From: Pontimonas sp. | Lineage (GTDB): Bacteria; Actinomycetota; Actinomycetes; Actinomycetales; Microbacteriaceae | Assembly: GCA_018402295.1 (NCBI GenBank) | Contig: JAGYJI010000005.1 | Coordinates: 77,067-141,066 of the forward strand | DNA: 64,000 nt | Direction of reading: 5' to 3' | Shown here: positions 54,473 to 64,000 of the stretch, one piece after another | How the letters are laid out: every line of letters begins with the position of its first letter | Numbering within the stretch: position 1 is the stretch's first letter | Program-made: the position numbers and the translations under genes | Notes under the pieces: model-generated | Databases searched by the model: none | Told to the model about the DNA's origin: nothing | What the model saw: only the letters and a program-made list of their open reading frames with translations

Positions 54473-55171
54473 ATGGAGATGATTACCCCCCAGTCAGGCA
54501 TGACGGCGTCCACCCCCGAGAGCCGGTACATTTTGCCGACCTTCGAGGAGCGCACCAGCTACGGCTTCAAACGTCAAGACCCCTACGCCAAGCTTTTCGA
54601 AGACCGCATCGTGTTTCTGGGTGTTCAGGTTGATGACGCCTCAGCTGATGACGTGATGGCGCAATTGCTGGTTCTGGAAAGCCAGGACCCCGACCGCGAC
54701 ATCGTGATGTATATCAACTCTCCCGGTGGCTCCTTCACCGCCATGACAGCGATTTACGACACCATGCAGTACGTCCGGCCCCAGATTCAGACCGTGGTGC
54801 TGGGTCAGGCAGCGTCCGCTGCCGCTGTGATTCTTGCCGGCGGCGAGCCAGGCAAGCGTCTTGCTTTGCCAAACTCCCGAATCTTGATCCACCAGCCCAT
54901 GATGGGTGAGGCCGGCCGTGGTCAGGCTTCAGACATTGAGATTCAGGCGAAGGAAATTGCGCGCCTTCGCGAATGGTTGGAAGACACCCTGTCTCGTCAC
55001 TCCCATAAGACCCCGGAAGAGGTCAACCGCGATATTGACCGTGACAAGATTCTGACGGCTCCAGAAGCGCTCGAGTATGGCCTGATTGATCAGGTGCTCT
55101 CGACCCGTAAGTCAGTGGGTAACCCCACGCCGGCTAAGGGTCCTGAGGCTCTCGCCGCTAAAGCTAAGTAG
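54473..55171 (+). CDS. clpP2: ATP-dependent Clp protease proteolytic subunit 2
   Basis: [26 protein letters not shown] and HQP motifs. Confidence 0.95.
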   Translation: MEMITPQSGMTASTPESRYILPTFEERTSYGFKRQDPYAKLFEDRIVFLGVQVDDASADDVMAQLLVLESQDPDRDIVMYINSPGGSFTAMTAIYDTMQYVRPQIQTVVLGQAASAAAVILAGGEPGKRLALPNSRILIHQPMMGEAGRGQASDIEIQAKEIARLREWLEDTLSRHSHKTPEEVNRDIDRDKILTAPEALEYGLIDQVLSTRKSVGNPTPAKGPEALAAKAK

Positions 55172-55787
55172 CGTCGCGTTTCTGGCGGATGCGCCAGACA
55201 ATCCAGACCACCACCGCGATACTGACAAGGCTCAAAAAGCCCACAATCAGGAGTGGGTCGCGCGGGGGCTCCGCGGCGGCCTCGTCTGTAGGTGTGGGCA
55301 AGGCAACGGGGCGAGATTCCTCGACCGGGGTGTCCCTCGGAACCCCACACTCGGCAGGTGTGTCATACCCTGTGGCTGCTAAGTGGTCGGCGCTTGGCTC
55401 AAATATGAACTCGTAGCGCTCCGACAGGCTGTGGCCATCGGCGGATACGAATTGGTAGGTGATCTCGTAGGTCCCGGCTTCTCCGAGCTCCGCACGGGCG
55501 GTCATTGTCCGCTCACTCACGTCGACACATCCGTTGCCGTAATACAGCCCGCCACTATCGCGCACCACCACACCAAAACCTTTGGCCTCGCCGCCCAAAT
55601 CCAACAACGTGTCATCGGTGGTGAGAGAAATCGCTACGGGGCTCTCGGTCACGGTGGAGTCCGGCGCGGGGGAGCGGTCCTCGACCACATTGTGGGCGTA
55701 GGCGGGGGAGGCTCCCACGAGCAAGACACCGAGCACAGTTCCGCAGAGAAGGCGTGAAAGACGATTCGTTCGGGAAGTCCGTGTCAT
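55164..55787 (-). CDS. CopC-family copper-binding protein with C-terminal membrane anchor
   Basis: Signal peptide AYA followed by His1, VSADGH motif, C-terminal TM helix. Confidence 0.83.
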   Translation of the reverse strand: MTRTSRTNRLSRLLCGTVLGVLLVGASPAYAHNVVEDRSPAPDSTVTESPVAISLTTDDTLLDLGGEAKGFGVVVRDSGGLYYGNGCVDVSERTMTARAELGEAGTYEITYQFVSADGHSLSERYEFIFEPSADHLAATGYDTPAECGVPRDTPVEESRPVALPTPTDEAAAEPPRDPLLIVGFLSLVSIAVVVWIVWRIRQKRDAT

Positions 55788-55903
55788 GAGTCCCTCAGTC
55801 TAATCTCGCCACACCGAGCGAGCCTGTGGAATGTCCGCCGGGCGAAAGCATCAAAAGGTATGCTCCAAGGTGTCGCTGACCGTTGTTAAGTGGAGGTTTC
55901 CCC

Positions 55904-57178
55904 ATGGCGCGCACCGGAGAATCAGGCGAGCTGCTCAAATGCTCGTTCTGCGGTAAAAGCCAGAAGCAGGTTCAGCAACTCATTGCCGGACCGGGCGTGT
56001 ACATCTGTGATGAGTGTGTGGAACTCTGCAACGAAATCATCGACGAGCGCCAATCTGAGGGCCGCGAGACAGCTACTGCAGACTTTGAGCTTCCCAAGCC
56101 CAAGGAAATCTATGACTTCCTCGAGGAGTACGTCATAGGCCAGGAGGATGCCAAGAAGGCGCTCTCGGTGGCGGTGTACAACCACTACAAGCGTGTGCGT
56201 GCAGCGACGTCCCCGCACGCGGTGGATTCCACCGACGATATCGACATCCAAAAGAGCAACATTTTGTTGATTGGTCCCACCGGATGTGGCAAGACCTACC
56301 TCGCACAAACTCTGGCCAAAAAACTCAATGTTCCCTTCGCTGTGGCCGATGCGACCGCGCTCACCGAAGCTGGATACGTCGGTGAAGATGTCGAAAACAT
56401 CTTGCTGAAACTCATCCAGGCTGCGGACTATGACGTGAAGCGTGCGGAAATGGGCATCATCTACATCGACGAGGTCGACAAGATTGCCCGCAAAGCAGAA
56501 AACCCCTCAATCACCCGTGATGTCTCGGGGGAGGGTGTCCAGCAGGCACTCTTGAAGATTTTGGAAGGCACGGTGGCTGCGGTTCCGCCCCAGGGCGGGC
56601 GCAAGCACCCTCAGCAAGAGTTCATTCAGATTGACACGACCAACGTGCTCTTCATCGTTGCCGGGGCTTTTGCCGGCCTTGAGGAAATCATTTCCCAGCG
56701 CGTGGGCCGCCACGGTATTGGTTTTGGTGCACCCCTGCACAGCAAGGACATCCACGAAAACCTCTTCAGCCAGGTGCTCCCGGAGGACCTCCATAAGTTT
56801 GGTTTGATTCCAGAGTTCATTGGGCGACTCCCCGTCGTCACCACGGTTGCGCCCCTGGACCAGTCCGCACTGATTGACATCCTGACCGGCCCAAAGAACG
56901 CCCTGGTCAAGCAGTATCAGCGAATGTTTGTTCTCGACGGTGTTGCGCTCGAGTTTGAGGAGGCTGCCCTCGAGGAGATTGCCGATCTGGCATCCGAGCG
57001 TCAAACCGGAGCGCGAGGCTTGCGTGCGATTTTGGAAGAAGTGCTGGGTCCGGTCATGTTCGACATTCCCTCGAGTGACACCATCGAACGGGTGGTCATC
57101 ACCCGGGATGCAGTCTTGCGCCAAGCGCCACCCGTCATCGTGCAGAAGCCTGCGGCGAGACGAGAAAAGTCCGCCTAA
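55904..57178 (+). CDS. clpX: ATP-dependent Clp protease ATP-binding subunit
   Basis: CSFCGK..ICDEC zinc domain, [11 protein letters not shown] and IGF loops. Confidence 0.97.
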   Translation: MARTGESGELLKCSFCGKSQKQVQQLIAGPGVYICDECVELCNEIIDERQSEGRETATADFELPKPKEIYDFLEEYVIGQEDAKKALSVAVYNHYKRVRAATSPHAVDSTDDIDIQKSNILLIGPTGCGKTYLAQTLAKKLNVPFAVADATALTEAGYVGEDVENILLKLIQAADYDVKRAEMGIIYIDEVDKIARKAENPSITRDVSGEGVQQALLKILEGTVAAVPPQGGRKHPQQEFIQIDTTNVLFIVAGAFAGLEEIISQRVGRHGIGFGAPLHSKDIHENLFSQVLPEDLHKFGLIPEFIGRLPVVTTVAPLDQSALIDILTGPKNALVKQYQRMFVLDGVALEFEEAALEEIADLASERQTGARGLRAILEEVLGPVMFDIPSSDTIERVVITRDAVLRQAPPVIVQKPAARREKSA

Positions 57179-57363
57179 CCGCGGAGAATTACGCCGTTAT
57201 CGAGCTCCACGACAGCGCGATTTTCCAACCACGTCAGCGTCCAGCGCAGGGTCGTCCGCTCGTCATCGCTGAGGGAATCTTCGACCTCCTGGATTCGAGC
57301 GGCTAACTCGGCGGGAATGGCTCGAGGGGTTTGCCCCACCGAGAAGCGACTTCCCAGCTGCAT
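57175..57363 (-). CDS. Small hypothetical protein (62 aa)
   Basis: TAATG coupling to the GNAT gene; fills the gap to clpX; WTLTWLE..VELDNG motif. Confidence 0.65.
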   Translation of the reverse strand: MQLGSRFSVGQTPRAIPAELAARIQEVEDSLSDDERTTLRWTLTWLENRAVVELDNGVILRG

Positions 57364-57824
57364 TACTGACCCACCTCTCTCTCGTAGGTGACCCAGGTGG
57401 CGGCGGTTGCCAGCGTGTCATACAGACGCCTCGCGCGGTCATTGTCGGCCGCAGTGATCCAGCGCAGAGTGCCACCGCCGTGGGCGGTGGCGTAGGCATC
57501 GAGGGTGGAAATGAGAGCTGTGGCAACTCCGTTGCCCCGCGCATCGGGGTCGGTGAATAAATCGTCGAGGAACCATCCAGCACCCGCCGTGAAGGTGTCG
57601 TGTTGGAATCGCAGGTGGGCAAAACCGACGACCACACCCTCAATTTCTGCGACAAAACAACGAACTGGGTGATCCTCAGACATGAGCCAGCGCCACACAC
57701 CGTCGACCACGTCAGGTGGGAAGTCTTCGGTATAGAACACGCCATAGGCGAGGAAGAGCTTCTCCCACCGCTCACGGTCGCCTACTGCCACCGGCCTCAC
57801 GAGCACCGGGTTTTGGCTAGTCAT
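57363..57824 (-). CDS. GNAT-family N-acetyltransferase
   Basis: LDDLFTDPDARGNGVA acetyl-CoA motif; N.RARRLYD. Confidence 0.88.
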   Translation of the reverse strand: MTSQNPVLVRPVAVGDRERWEKLFLAYGVFYTEDFPPDVVDGVWRWLMSEDHPVRCFVAEIEGVVVGFAHLRFQHDTFTAGAGWFLDDLFTDPDARGNGVATALISTLDAYATAHGGGTLRWITAADNDRARRLYDTLATAATWVTYEREVGQ

Positions 57825-60389
57825 CGAGGGACCCCCATTCAATATCGCTCAGCACAATCGCATCCGAATCGCCCCAGGTGAGGGTGTGGATTTTTCCCAC
57901 GGCGGTGAGGTCAGCTTCAGCAAGGCGCAAGAGGGCTGGGCCGCTCAGCGTTGCGCTGTGAATAGGCATCTTCTGGGCCACCTGTTGGTCGGTTTTCGAG
58001 CGTCGAATGGTGATCAGAGCCTCGCTTGCGAGAGCGAGCAGGCCCTCTGATTCCTCGGAGGAGGTCGGCAATTCTTCAGTGCGTGGCCAGGGGGCGAGGT
58101 GAACACTGCCCTCATGGGTCCACGACCACACCTCCTCTGTGGCGAAGGGAATTACCGGAGCGAAGAGTCGGACCAGAGCGTCAATAGCCAACTGCAGTGA
58201 CGTGACGGCACTGCCTCGATCTGCGGGGTTCCCGACGTAGGCGCGATCCTTGACCAACTCCAGATAGTCATCGGTAAACGTCCAAAAGAAGGTCTCCGCC
58301 ACCTCGAGTGCTCGCGCATGATCAAACGCGTCATAGGCAGTCGTGGCCTGGGTGATGACGCGACCCAGTTCGCTCAGCATGTCCAGGTCCAGCGGGTGAG
58401 TGACCTCGCCCGTGGCGCCCTCGAAACTGTACACAAACTTTGCGGCGTTCAGAACCTTGATGGCGAGCCTGCGGCCAATCTTGATTTGTTTGGGATTTTG
58501 CGGGTCAAAGGCTGCGTCGGTCCCCAAGCGTGAGGATGCAGCCCAGTAGCGCACCGCGTCAGACCCGTGCTCGTCCAACATGGACTGTGGGGTGACGACG
58601 TTGCCTTTGGATTTCGACATCTTTTTCCGGTCCGGGTCCACAATGAACCCCGAAATTCCGGCATTTTTCCACGGTAGTGTCCCGTGTTCCAGTTCGGCGC
58701 GAAGCATGGTGGAGAACAGCCAGGTCCGAATGATGTCTTGGCCTTGGGAGCGCAGGTCGTAGGGGAAGACCAGAGAGAACAATTCGTCATCGCTACCCCA
58801 GCCGCCAGCAAGCTGAGGGGTGAGGCTCGAGGTTGCCCAGGTGTCCATGATGTCGAGCTCACCGAGGAACCCGCCGGGAACACCTCGCTGGTCTTCGCTG
58901 AAACCGGGTGGGGTGTCACTGGAAGGGTCAACGGGCAACTGGTCATGTGTCGGGGTGATGACTTCGCCTTCGCGGGGGTTGCCCTCCTCATCCAGGGGAT
59001 ACCACACAGGAATGGGCACCCCGAAGAATCGTTGGCGAGAAATCAACCAGTCACCGGAGAGACCATTAACCCAGTTCTCGTAGCGCACCCTCATGAAATC
59101 CGGGTGGAACGCAACATCTCCACCACGGCTGAGCAGGCGCTGCTTGAGATCTTCATCGCGGGCACCGTTTCGGATATACCACTGGCGAGTGGTCACAATT
59201 TCGAGAGGCTTGTCACCCTTCTCAAAAAACTTGACCGGGTGCACCATGGGGTCGGGTTCGCCCTGTAAATCTCCCGAGTCTCGCAACATCTCCACCACGG
59301 CGGCTTTGGCACTGAAGACAGTTTTCCCGGCCAGCTCTGCGTAGGCATCCTGACCCTCGGGGGAGCTGATCCAGGCGGGGGTCTCCGCAATGACGCGGCC
59401 GTCTTTACCGAGCATTGGCCGTGTCTCGAGCGAGAGTTCGCGCCACCAAATGACGTCGGTGACATCGCCAAACGTACAGACCATCGCAATACCGGTGCCC
59501 TTGTCCTGCTGTGCGAGGTGGTGAGCGACAATGGGCACCTCGACACCGAAAATGGGAGAGGTAACCGTAGAGCCAAAAAGCGGTTGGTATCGCTCGTCAT
59601 CGGGGTGGGCCACCAGGGCCACGCACGCGGGAATCAGTTCAGGCCGCGTGGTCACGATGGTGACATCATCAATGCCGACGCCGTGGAAGGTCACCTTGTG
59701 ATAGGCGGAGGGTTGTTCGCGGTCCTCAAGTTCTGCCTGCGCCACCGCAGTGCGGAACGTGATGTCCCACAGAGTGGGGGCATCCGCCCGGTAAGCCTCA
59801 TCCCTCTCGAGGTTCTTCAGAAACGCACTCTGGGCCACCCGTTGAGAGTTGTCGTCAATGGTGCGGTACGTGAGTGACCAATCCACACTGAGCCCCAGGG
59901 TGCGCCACAGGTCCTCGAACTGCTTTTCGTCCTCAACCGTGAGAGTTTCACAGAGCTCAATGAAGTTTCGTCGGCTAATCGGAATTTGGTCGCCAGGTTT
60001 TGAGCCATCCGCGCTAGCGCCTGCTTCCAGCGGTGGCACAAAATCGGTGTCGTAGGGGAGCGATGGATCACACCTCACCCCGTAGTAGTTCTGGACTCGG
60101 CGCTCGGTGGGCAGTCCGTTGTCATCCCACCCCATCGGGTAGAAGATCTCTTTGCCCCGCATGCGCTGGTATCGCGCTTGCAGGTCCATGTGGGTGTAGC
60201 TAAAAACGTGACCAATGTGGAGGCTTCCCGATGCGGTCGGGGAGGAGTGTCAACAGCAAACAGGTGGTCTTTTCCGCGCGCCAGCGCCGATTCCCGGTTG
60301 AACCGATACGTTCCCTCAGAGTCCCAGCGGGTGCCCCAGACCTCTTCGAGTCCCTCGAGAGCCGGTTTGTCGGGAATCGCTGTGCTCAT
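57817..60389 (-). CDS. valS: Valine--tRNA ligase, archaeal-like type (C missing near 60240)
   Basis: DTPPPTASGSLHIGH in the corrected frame, GWDDNGLPTE, DWLISRQR, KMSKS. Confidence 0.95.
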
Positions 60390-60463
60390 GGGCACCTTCT
60401 TCGCTATAGGCGGCACCGCGTCCACTGTGCCTTGGTGTTAGTGCTCCCATGCTACAAAACAAA

Positions 60464-60499
60464 TGGGGTCTGGGTTCCCCGAAGGAAACCCAGACCCCA
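60464..60499 (-). terminator. Intrinsic terminator of the MFS gene
   Basis: TGGGGTCTGGGTT..AACCCAGACCCCA stem followed on the minus strand by TTTGTTTTG. Confidence 0.85.
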
Positions 60500-60511
60500 C
60501 GCTGTTTGTGG

Positions 60512-61816
60512 TTAGGCGCCCGTCCTCGCATAGGCGGGCTCTGTGTTGCTAATCGCCATGCGACCAGCCTGGAGAGTTGCCAGGAGGGTGATCAACGCCA
60601 GCCCGGCCAGCACAATCGCTGGGTGCCACCAGGCGTTGTTGGTTGCCGCACCAATCGTGAGAGTCACCGCTGGGACGAATCCGGACACCACGGCGGCAAT
60701 GGAATACGAGAAGCCCAGTGCCGAGTATCGGTAGCGCTCATCGAAGAGATCGCTATAGACACCTCCCAAGGCGGCCCAGCTCATGGTGGGCAGGATGCCT
60801 CCGATCAGCATCATGGCGACCAGAACACCGAAGTCGGCGAACTGAAGGAAGTAGTAGATCGGGAACGCAACAAGAAGCGTCCCCAGCGCACCCCAGGCCA
60901 CAACGCTGGTCGAGCCAATCCGCACGGCCCATCGCCCAAAGAGCGGGATGGTGATGAGCTGCAAGAGACCACCAATGGTGGTGGCAATCAACAACTCGTA
61001 GTACTCAAAGCCCAGCTGCACCACTCCGTAGTTGATGGTGTAGGTGTTCATGAGGGAGTAGGAACCGATTCCCAGCAGAGCAACACAGACCGCGATGAAC
61101 ACGGCAAAAGGCTGTTGCCTGAGCAACGCGAAGAAGGGAACCTTGGGGCGGCGCTGCTGCTTCACCACTTCCTCGAAGACGGGAGTCTCGGTAATGGCGA
61201 GTCGCAAGTACAGCGACACCAAGAGCAGAGGGATGGCGCTCAGGAAGGGCAATCTCCAGGCCCACTCCACAATCTCCTCGTTGGTCAACGCGAGGGTCAG
61301 CCAGATAAATGCTCCGGCCGAGAGAATGGAGCCAATCGGAGATCCCAGCTGCGGCATGGCCGCAGCAAAGGCTCGTTTGGCTCCGGACTCGTGCTCGGTG
61401 GCAACGAGAATTGCCCCGCCCCACTCTCCACCCATGGAGATGCCCTGAAGGAGTCTCAAAGCCACAAGCACCGCTGCACCCAACCAGCCGGCCTGGTCGT
61501 AGGTGGGGAGAACTCCGATGAGCCCGGTGGCAACACCCATCAGCGTCACCGTGGCAATCAGGGTCTTCCGGCGGCCGATGCGGTCACCGATGTGACCAAA
61601 CAGGATGGCCCCGACGGGTCGAATGATGAAGGCCAAGGCAATCGAGAGGAAAGCTGCCAGCGTTCCCCCGAAGCCTCCGAGAGGGTCGAAAAATAGTGGG
61701 CCGACGAAGAACGCGGCGAAATATGCGTAGATGTAGAAGTCGTAGGACTCCAGGGAAGTCCCGACAAGGGACGCCCATCTGGCCTTTCTGGCCATTACGG
61801 GATCGGTCTTAATCAT
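60512..61816 (-). CDS. MFS transporter, metabolite:H+ symporter (ShiA/ProP-like) family
   Basis: GTSLESYDF, GDRIGRR, RLLQGISMGGEWGGA and WRLPFL motifs. Confidence 0.9.
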   Translation of the reverse strand: MIKTDPVMARKARWASLVGTSLESYDFYIYAYFAAFFVGPLFFDPLGGFGGTLAAFLSIALAFIIRPVGAILFGHIGDRIGRRKTLIATVTLMGVATGLIGVLPTYDQAGWLGAAVLVALRLLQGISMGGEWGGAILVATEHESGAKRAFAAAMPQLGSPIGSILSAGAFIWLTLALTNEEIVEWAWRLPFLSAIPLLLVSLYLRLAITETPVFEEVVKQQRRPKVPFFALLRQQPFAVFIAVCVALLGIGSYSLMNTYTINYGVVQLGFEYYELLIATTIGGLLQLITIPLFGRWAVRIGSTSVVAWGALGTLLVAFPIYYFLQFADFGVLVAMMLIGGILPTMSWAALGGVYSDLFDERYRYSALGFSYSIAAVVSGFVPAVTLTIGAATNNAWWHPAIVLAGLALITLLATLQAGRMAISNTEPAYARTGA

Positions 61817-61900
61817 GGGGTTCCTCCTAGAATCCGCTACAGTGATGAATTATTAGACTGCGTACATAAATTAGGTACTACTTCAACTATAGGGGACTAG

Positions 61901-62461
61901 ATGGCGGCCCGAGAACGGGGGAGACCCCCGATGTCCTCGGTGGCAGCACTGGAGGACGCCGCAATGGAATTGTTCCTCGAGCAGGGTTACCAGAACACCA
62001 GCATTGACGAGATTGCCAGGCGCGCGGGAATCTCCCGGGCCACCTTCTTCAATTATTGCGACACAAAATCCGATGTTCTGTGGGTGGATGTTGATCGCGC
62101 CCTGGCAAGCCTCGAGACTCTTCTCGGGAGCGCTCTGTCGTTACGGGAAGCACTCCATTCGGTTGCATCGGCCCAGCCGCGGGAGCGAATCCCTCTCGTG
62201 GCCAGCCAAAGCGAGGCTATGGGTCTCGGAGACGAGTTGGCTGCCAGCGCGGGAGTTCGCCTCGACAGGCTTCGCCTGATTATCGCGGGCTCTGGGGTGG
62301 AGCACCAGGATGTCTGGCTTGTGCTCGGAGCAATCGTCGGGGCACTGGTGAGCTGGGCCAGGGCACCCTCCCCGCGAGAGGAGCTGGTGGGACTGCTCGA
62401 TGAGCAGCTCCAGCGAATACGGGGCGCACTGGGTCAGCACAGTGTGGCCACCCTGTTCTAG
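61901..62461 (+). CDS. TetR/AcrR-family regulator, divergent from the MFS gene
   Basis: RGRPP; LFLEQGY..TSIDEIARRAGISRATFFNY helix-turn-helix. Confidence 0.9.
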   Translation: MAARERGRPPMSSVAALEDAAMELFLEQGYQNTSIDEIARRAGISRATFFNYCDTKSDVLWVDVDRALASLETLLGSALSLREALHSVASAQPRERIPLVASQSEAMGLGDELAASAGVRLDRLRLIIAGSGVEHQDVWLVLGAIVGALVSWARAPSPREELVGLLDEQLQRIRGALGQHSVATLF

Positions 62462-62470
62462 ACTGTCGGC

Positions 62471-62633
62471 AACAGCGCTGAACCGGCCATCACCGGGGAG
62501 CTGCCGGAAGAACAGAATCCCTGATTCTCAGTAGAACCGGTCGGGTTGGCCCGTTATCGCCTGACATGAAGTGGCTTAGAGAGTTTCTAAGCAAGCGGGG
62601 TGGTACCGCGTGTGAGAAATCATGCGTCCTCGC
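62471..62633 (+). ncRNA. Actinobacterial ileS T-box riboswitch (ultrashort stem I)
   Basis: CCGGCC-ATC-ACCGGGGAG with Ile specifier ATC at 62489-62491; AGTAGAA S-turn, CCGTTA, T-box GGGTGGTACCGCG at 62598-62610; TAGACT -10 at 62459-62464. Confidence 0.92.
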
Positions 62634-62668
62634 AGCCCTCATCCACCTGTGTCAGAGAGATCACCCCC

Positions 62669-64000
62669 ATGGCTTTCCCCCGTCACCTCCCCGGCTCCTC
62701 GGTTGAGCCGAGCCCATCTTTTCCCGAGATTGAGCACCGGGTCCTCAAGGGCTGGAAAGAAGGAGACACGTTCCAGAAATCCATTGACCAGCGAGAAGGC
62801 TGCGATGAATGGGTGTTCTACGACGGCCCCCCTTTCGCCAACGGGTTACCCCACTACGGCCACCTCCTCACCGGGTATGCAAAAGATGTGTTCCCCCGCT
62901 TCCACACCATGCGCGGAAAGCAGGTCCACCGCCGATTTGGCTGGGACACTCACGGTTTGCCCGCCGAGCTGGAAGCGGAGCGCCAACTCGGCATTACGGA
63001 CAAGAGCCAAATCGAGGAGATGGGCATTGCGGCTTTCAACCAGGCCGCCAAAGAATCCGTCCTGCGCTACACCGCCGAGTGGCAAGAGTATGTGACGAGG
63101 CAGGCCCGCTGGGTTGACTTCGAGAACGATTACAAGACGCTTGACATCACCTTTATGGAGAGCGTCATCTGGGCGTTCAAGCAGCTGCATGACAAGGGAC
63201 TTGCCTATGAGGGTTACCGGGTGTTGCCCTACTGCTGGCGAGACCAAACGCCACTGAGTAACCATGAGCTACGAATGGACGACGACGTCTACAAACCGCG
63301 TCAGGACCAGTCCGTCACGGTGACCTTCCCTCTGCACGGGGATAAGGCCGCAGCTGCACACCTCGACGGAGTCCTCGCACTCGCGTGGACCACCACGCCG
63401 TGGACGCTCCCCACCAACGCGGCTCTCGCCGTGGGACCAGACATCACCTATGCACTGGTCCCGGCAGGACCAGAGGCTTCGCACTCCGGTGTCACCTACC
63501 TGATGGCCGAGGACACCATCGGCAACTACCGCAAGGAACTCGGATACGCCGAGGTCGCGGATGCGATCGCGGCGATCACCAGACGCGTTCAGGGCTCTGA
63601 CCTTGGCGGCATCGAATACACCCAAGTTTTTGATTACTACGCCGACCGTGAGGCCTGGGGCATGGAGAACGCCTGGCAGATTCTTGTCGCGGAGTATGTC
63701 GCCACGGGTGAGGGAACGGGGATTGTCCACCAAGCACCGGCCTATGGCGAGGACGACCAGATCACCTGCGCGGAGGCGGGAATCCCGGTCGTCATTTCTG
63801 TGGACGATGCTGGTCGATTCCTTGACCAGGTCTCCGACGTGGCGGGTGTTCAGGTGTTCGAGGCGAACAAAACCCTCACCGGACTGCTCCGCACCAGTGG
63901 GCGCCTGTTTGCCGAGCGCTCCTATGACCACTCCTACCCGCACTGTTGGCGGTGTCGCACGCCCCTGATTTATAAAGCTGTCTCCAGCTGGTTTGTTCGA
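62669..64000 (+). CDS. ileS: Isoleucine--tRNA ligase, type 2; runs off the window
   Basis: Manual translation from ATG 62669: [46 protein letters not shown]; same frame at both ends. Confidence 0.95.
   Translation, partial: MAFPRHLPGSSVEPSPSFPEIEHRVLKGWKEGDTFQKSIDQREGCDEWVFYDGPPFANGLPHYGHLLTGYAKDVFPRFHTMRGKQVHRRFGWDTHGLPAELEAERQLGITDKSQIEEMGIAAFNQAAKESVLRYTAEWQEYVTRQARWVDFENDYKTLDITFMESVIWAFKQLHDKGLAYEGYRVLPYCWRDQTPLSNHELRMDDDVYKPRQDQSVTVTFPLHGDKAAAAHLDGVLALAWTTTPWTLPTNAALAVGPDITYALVPAGPEASHSGVTYLMAEDTIGNYRKELGYAEVADAIAAITRRVQGSDLGGIEYTQVFDYYADREAWGMENAWQILVAEYVATGEGTGIVHQAPAYGEDDQITCAEAGIPVVISVDDAGRFLDQVSDVAGVQVFEANKTLTGLLRTSGRLFAERSYDHSYPHCWRCRTPLIYKAVSSWFVR

Noticed and set aside
62471-64000. 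T-box without a terminator, and type 2 IleRS as acquired mupirocin resistance
   Set aside because: Translational ileS T-boxes and type 2 IleRS are the normal state in many Actinobacteria.

Overview
Core-chromosome window from a high-GC actinobacterium. Gene content and order (ileS T-box, archaeal-type ValRS, thyX-dapA-rnj, tRNA-Pro-tig-clpP1P2-clpX) point to Microbacteriaceae; this is an inference. It carries a polyamine uptake and catabolism cluster, the F1Fo ATP synthase operon, an FHA + FtsK/EccC-like ATPase module, a gabT-asparaginase-ald operon and a CoA-persulfide reductase/CstR-like locus. It also holds dapB, thyX, dapA, rnj, ettA, pepN, a FilP/DivIVA-like coiled-coil gene, two tRNAs, tig-clpP-clpX, valS and the 5' part of ileS. 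I see no phage, IS element, CRISPR array or integrase. About 20 single-base indels break about 15 genes, several of them essential, so these are best read as long-read sequencing errors. Best leads: (1) a Sua5/TsaC homologue that has lost both catalytic motifs and is coupled to the polyamine operon; (2) an orphan split EssC/EccC-like module with a degenerate FHA domain beside a membrane-anchored zincin; (3) a valS leader hairpin displaying a Val-anticodon-like GAC, with an alternative pairing next to the ribosome-binding site; (4) a histone-like PAKK tail on ATP synthase subunit b. None is proven novel without database searches.
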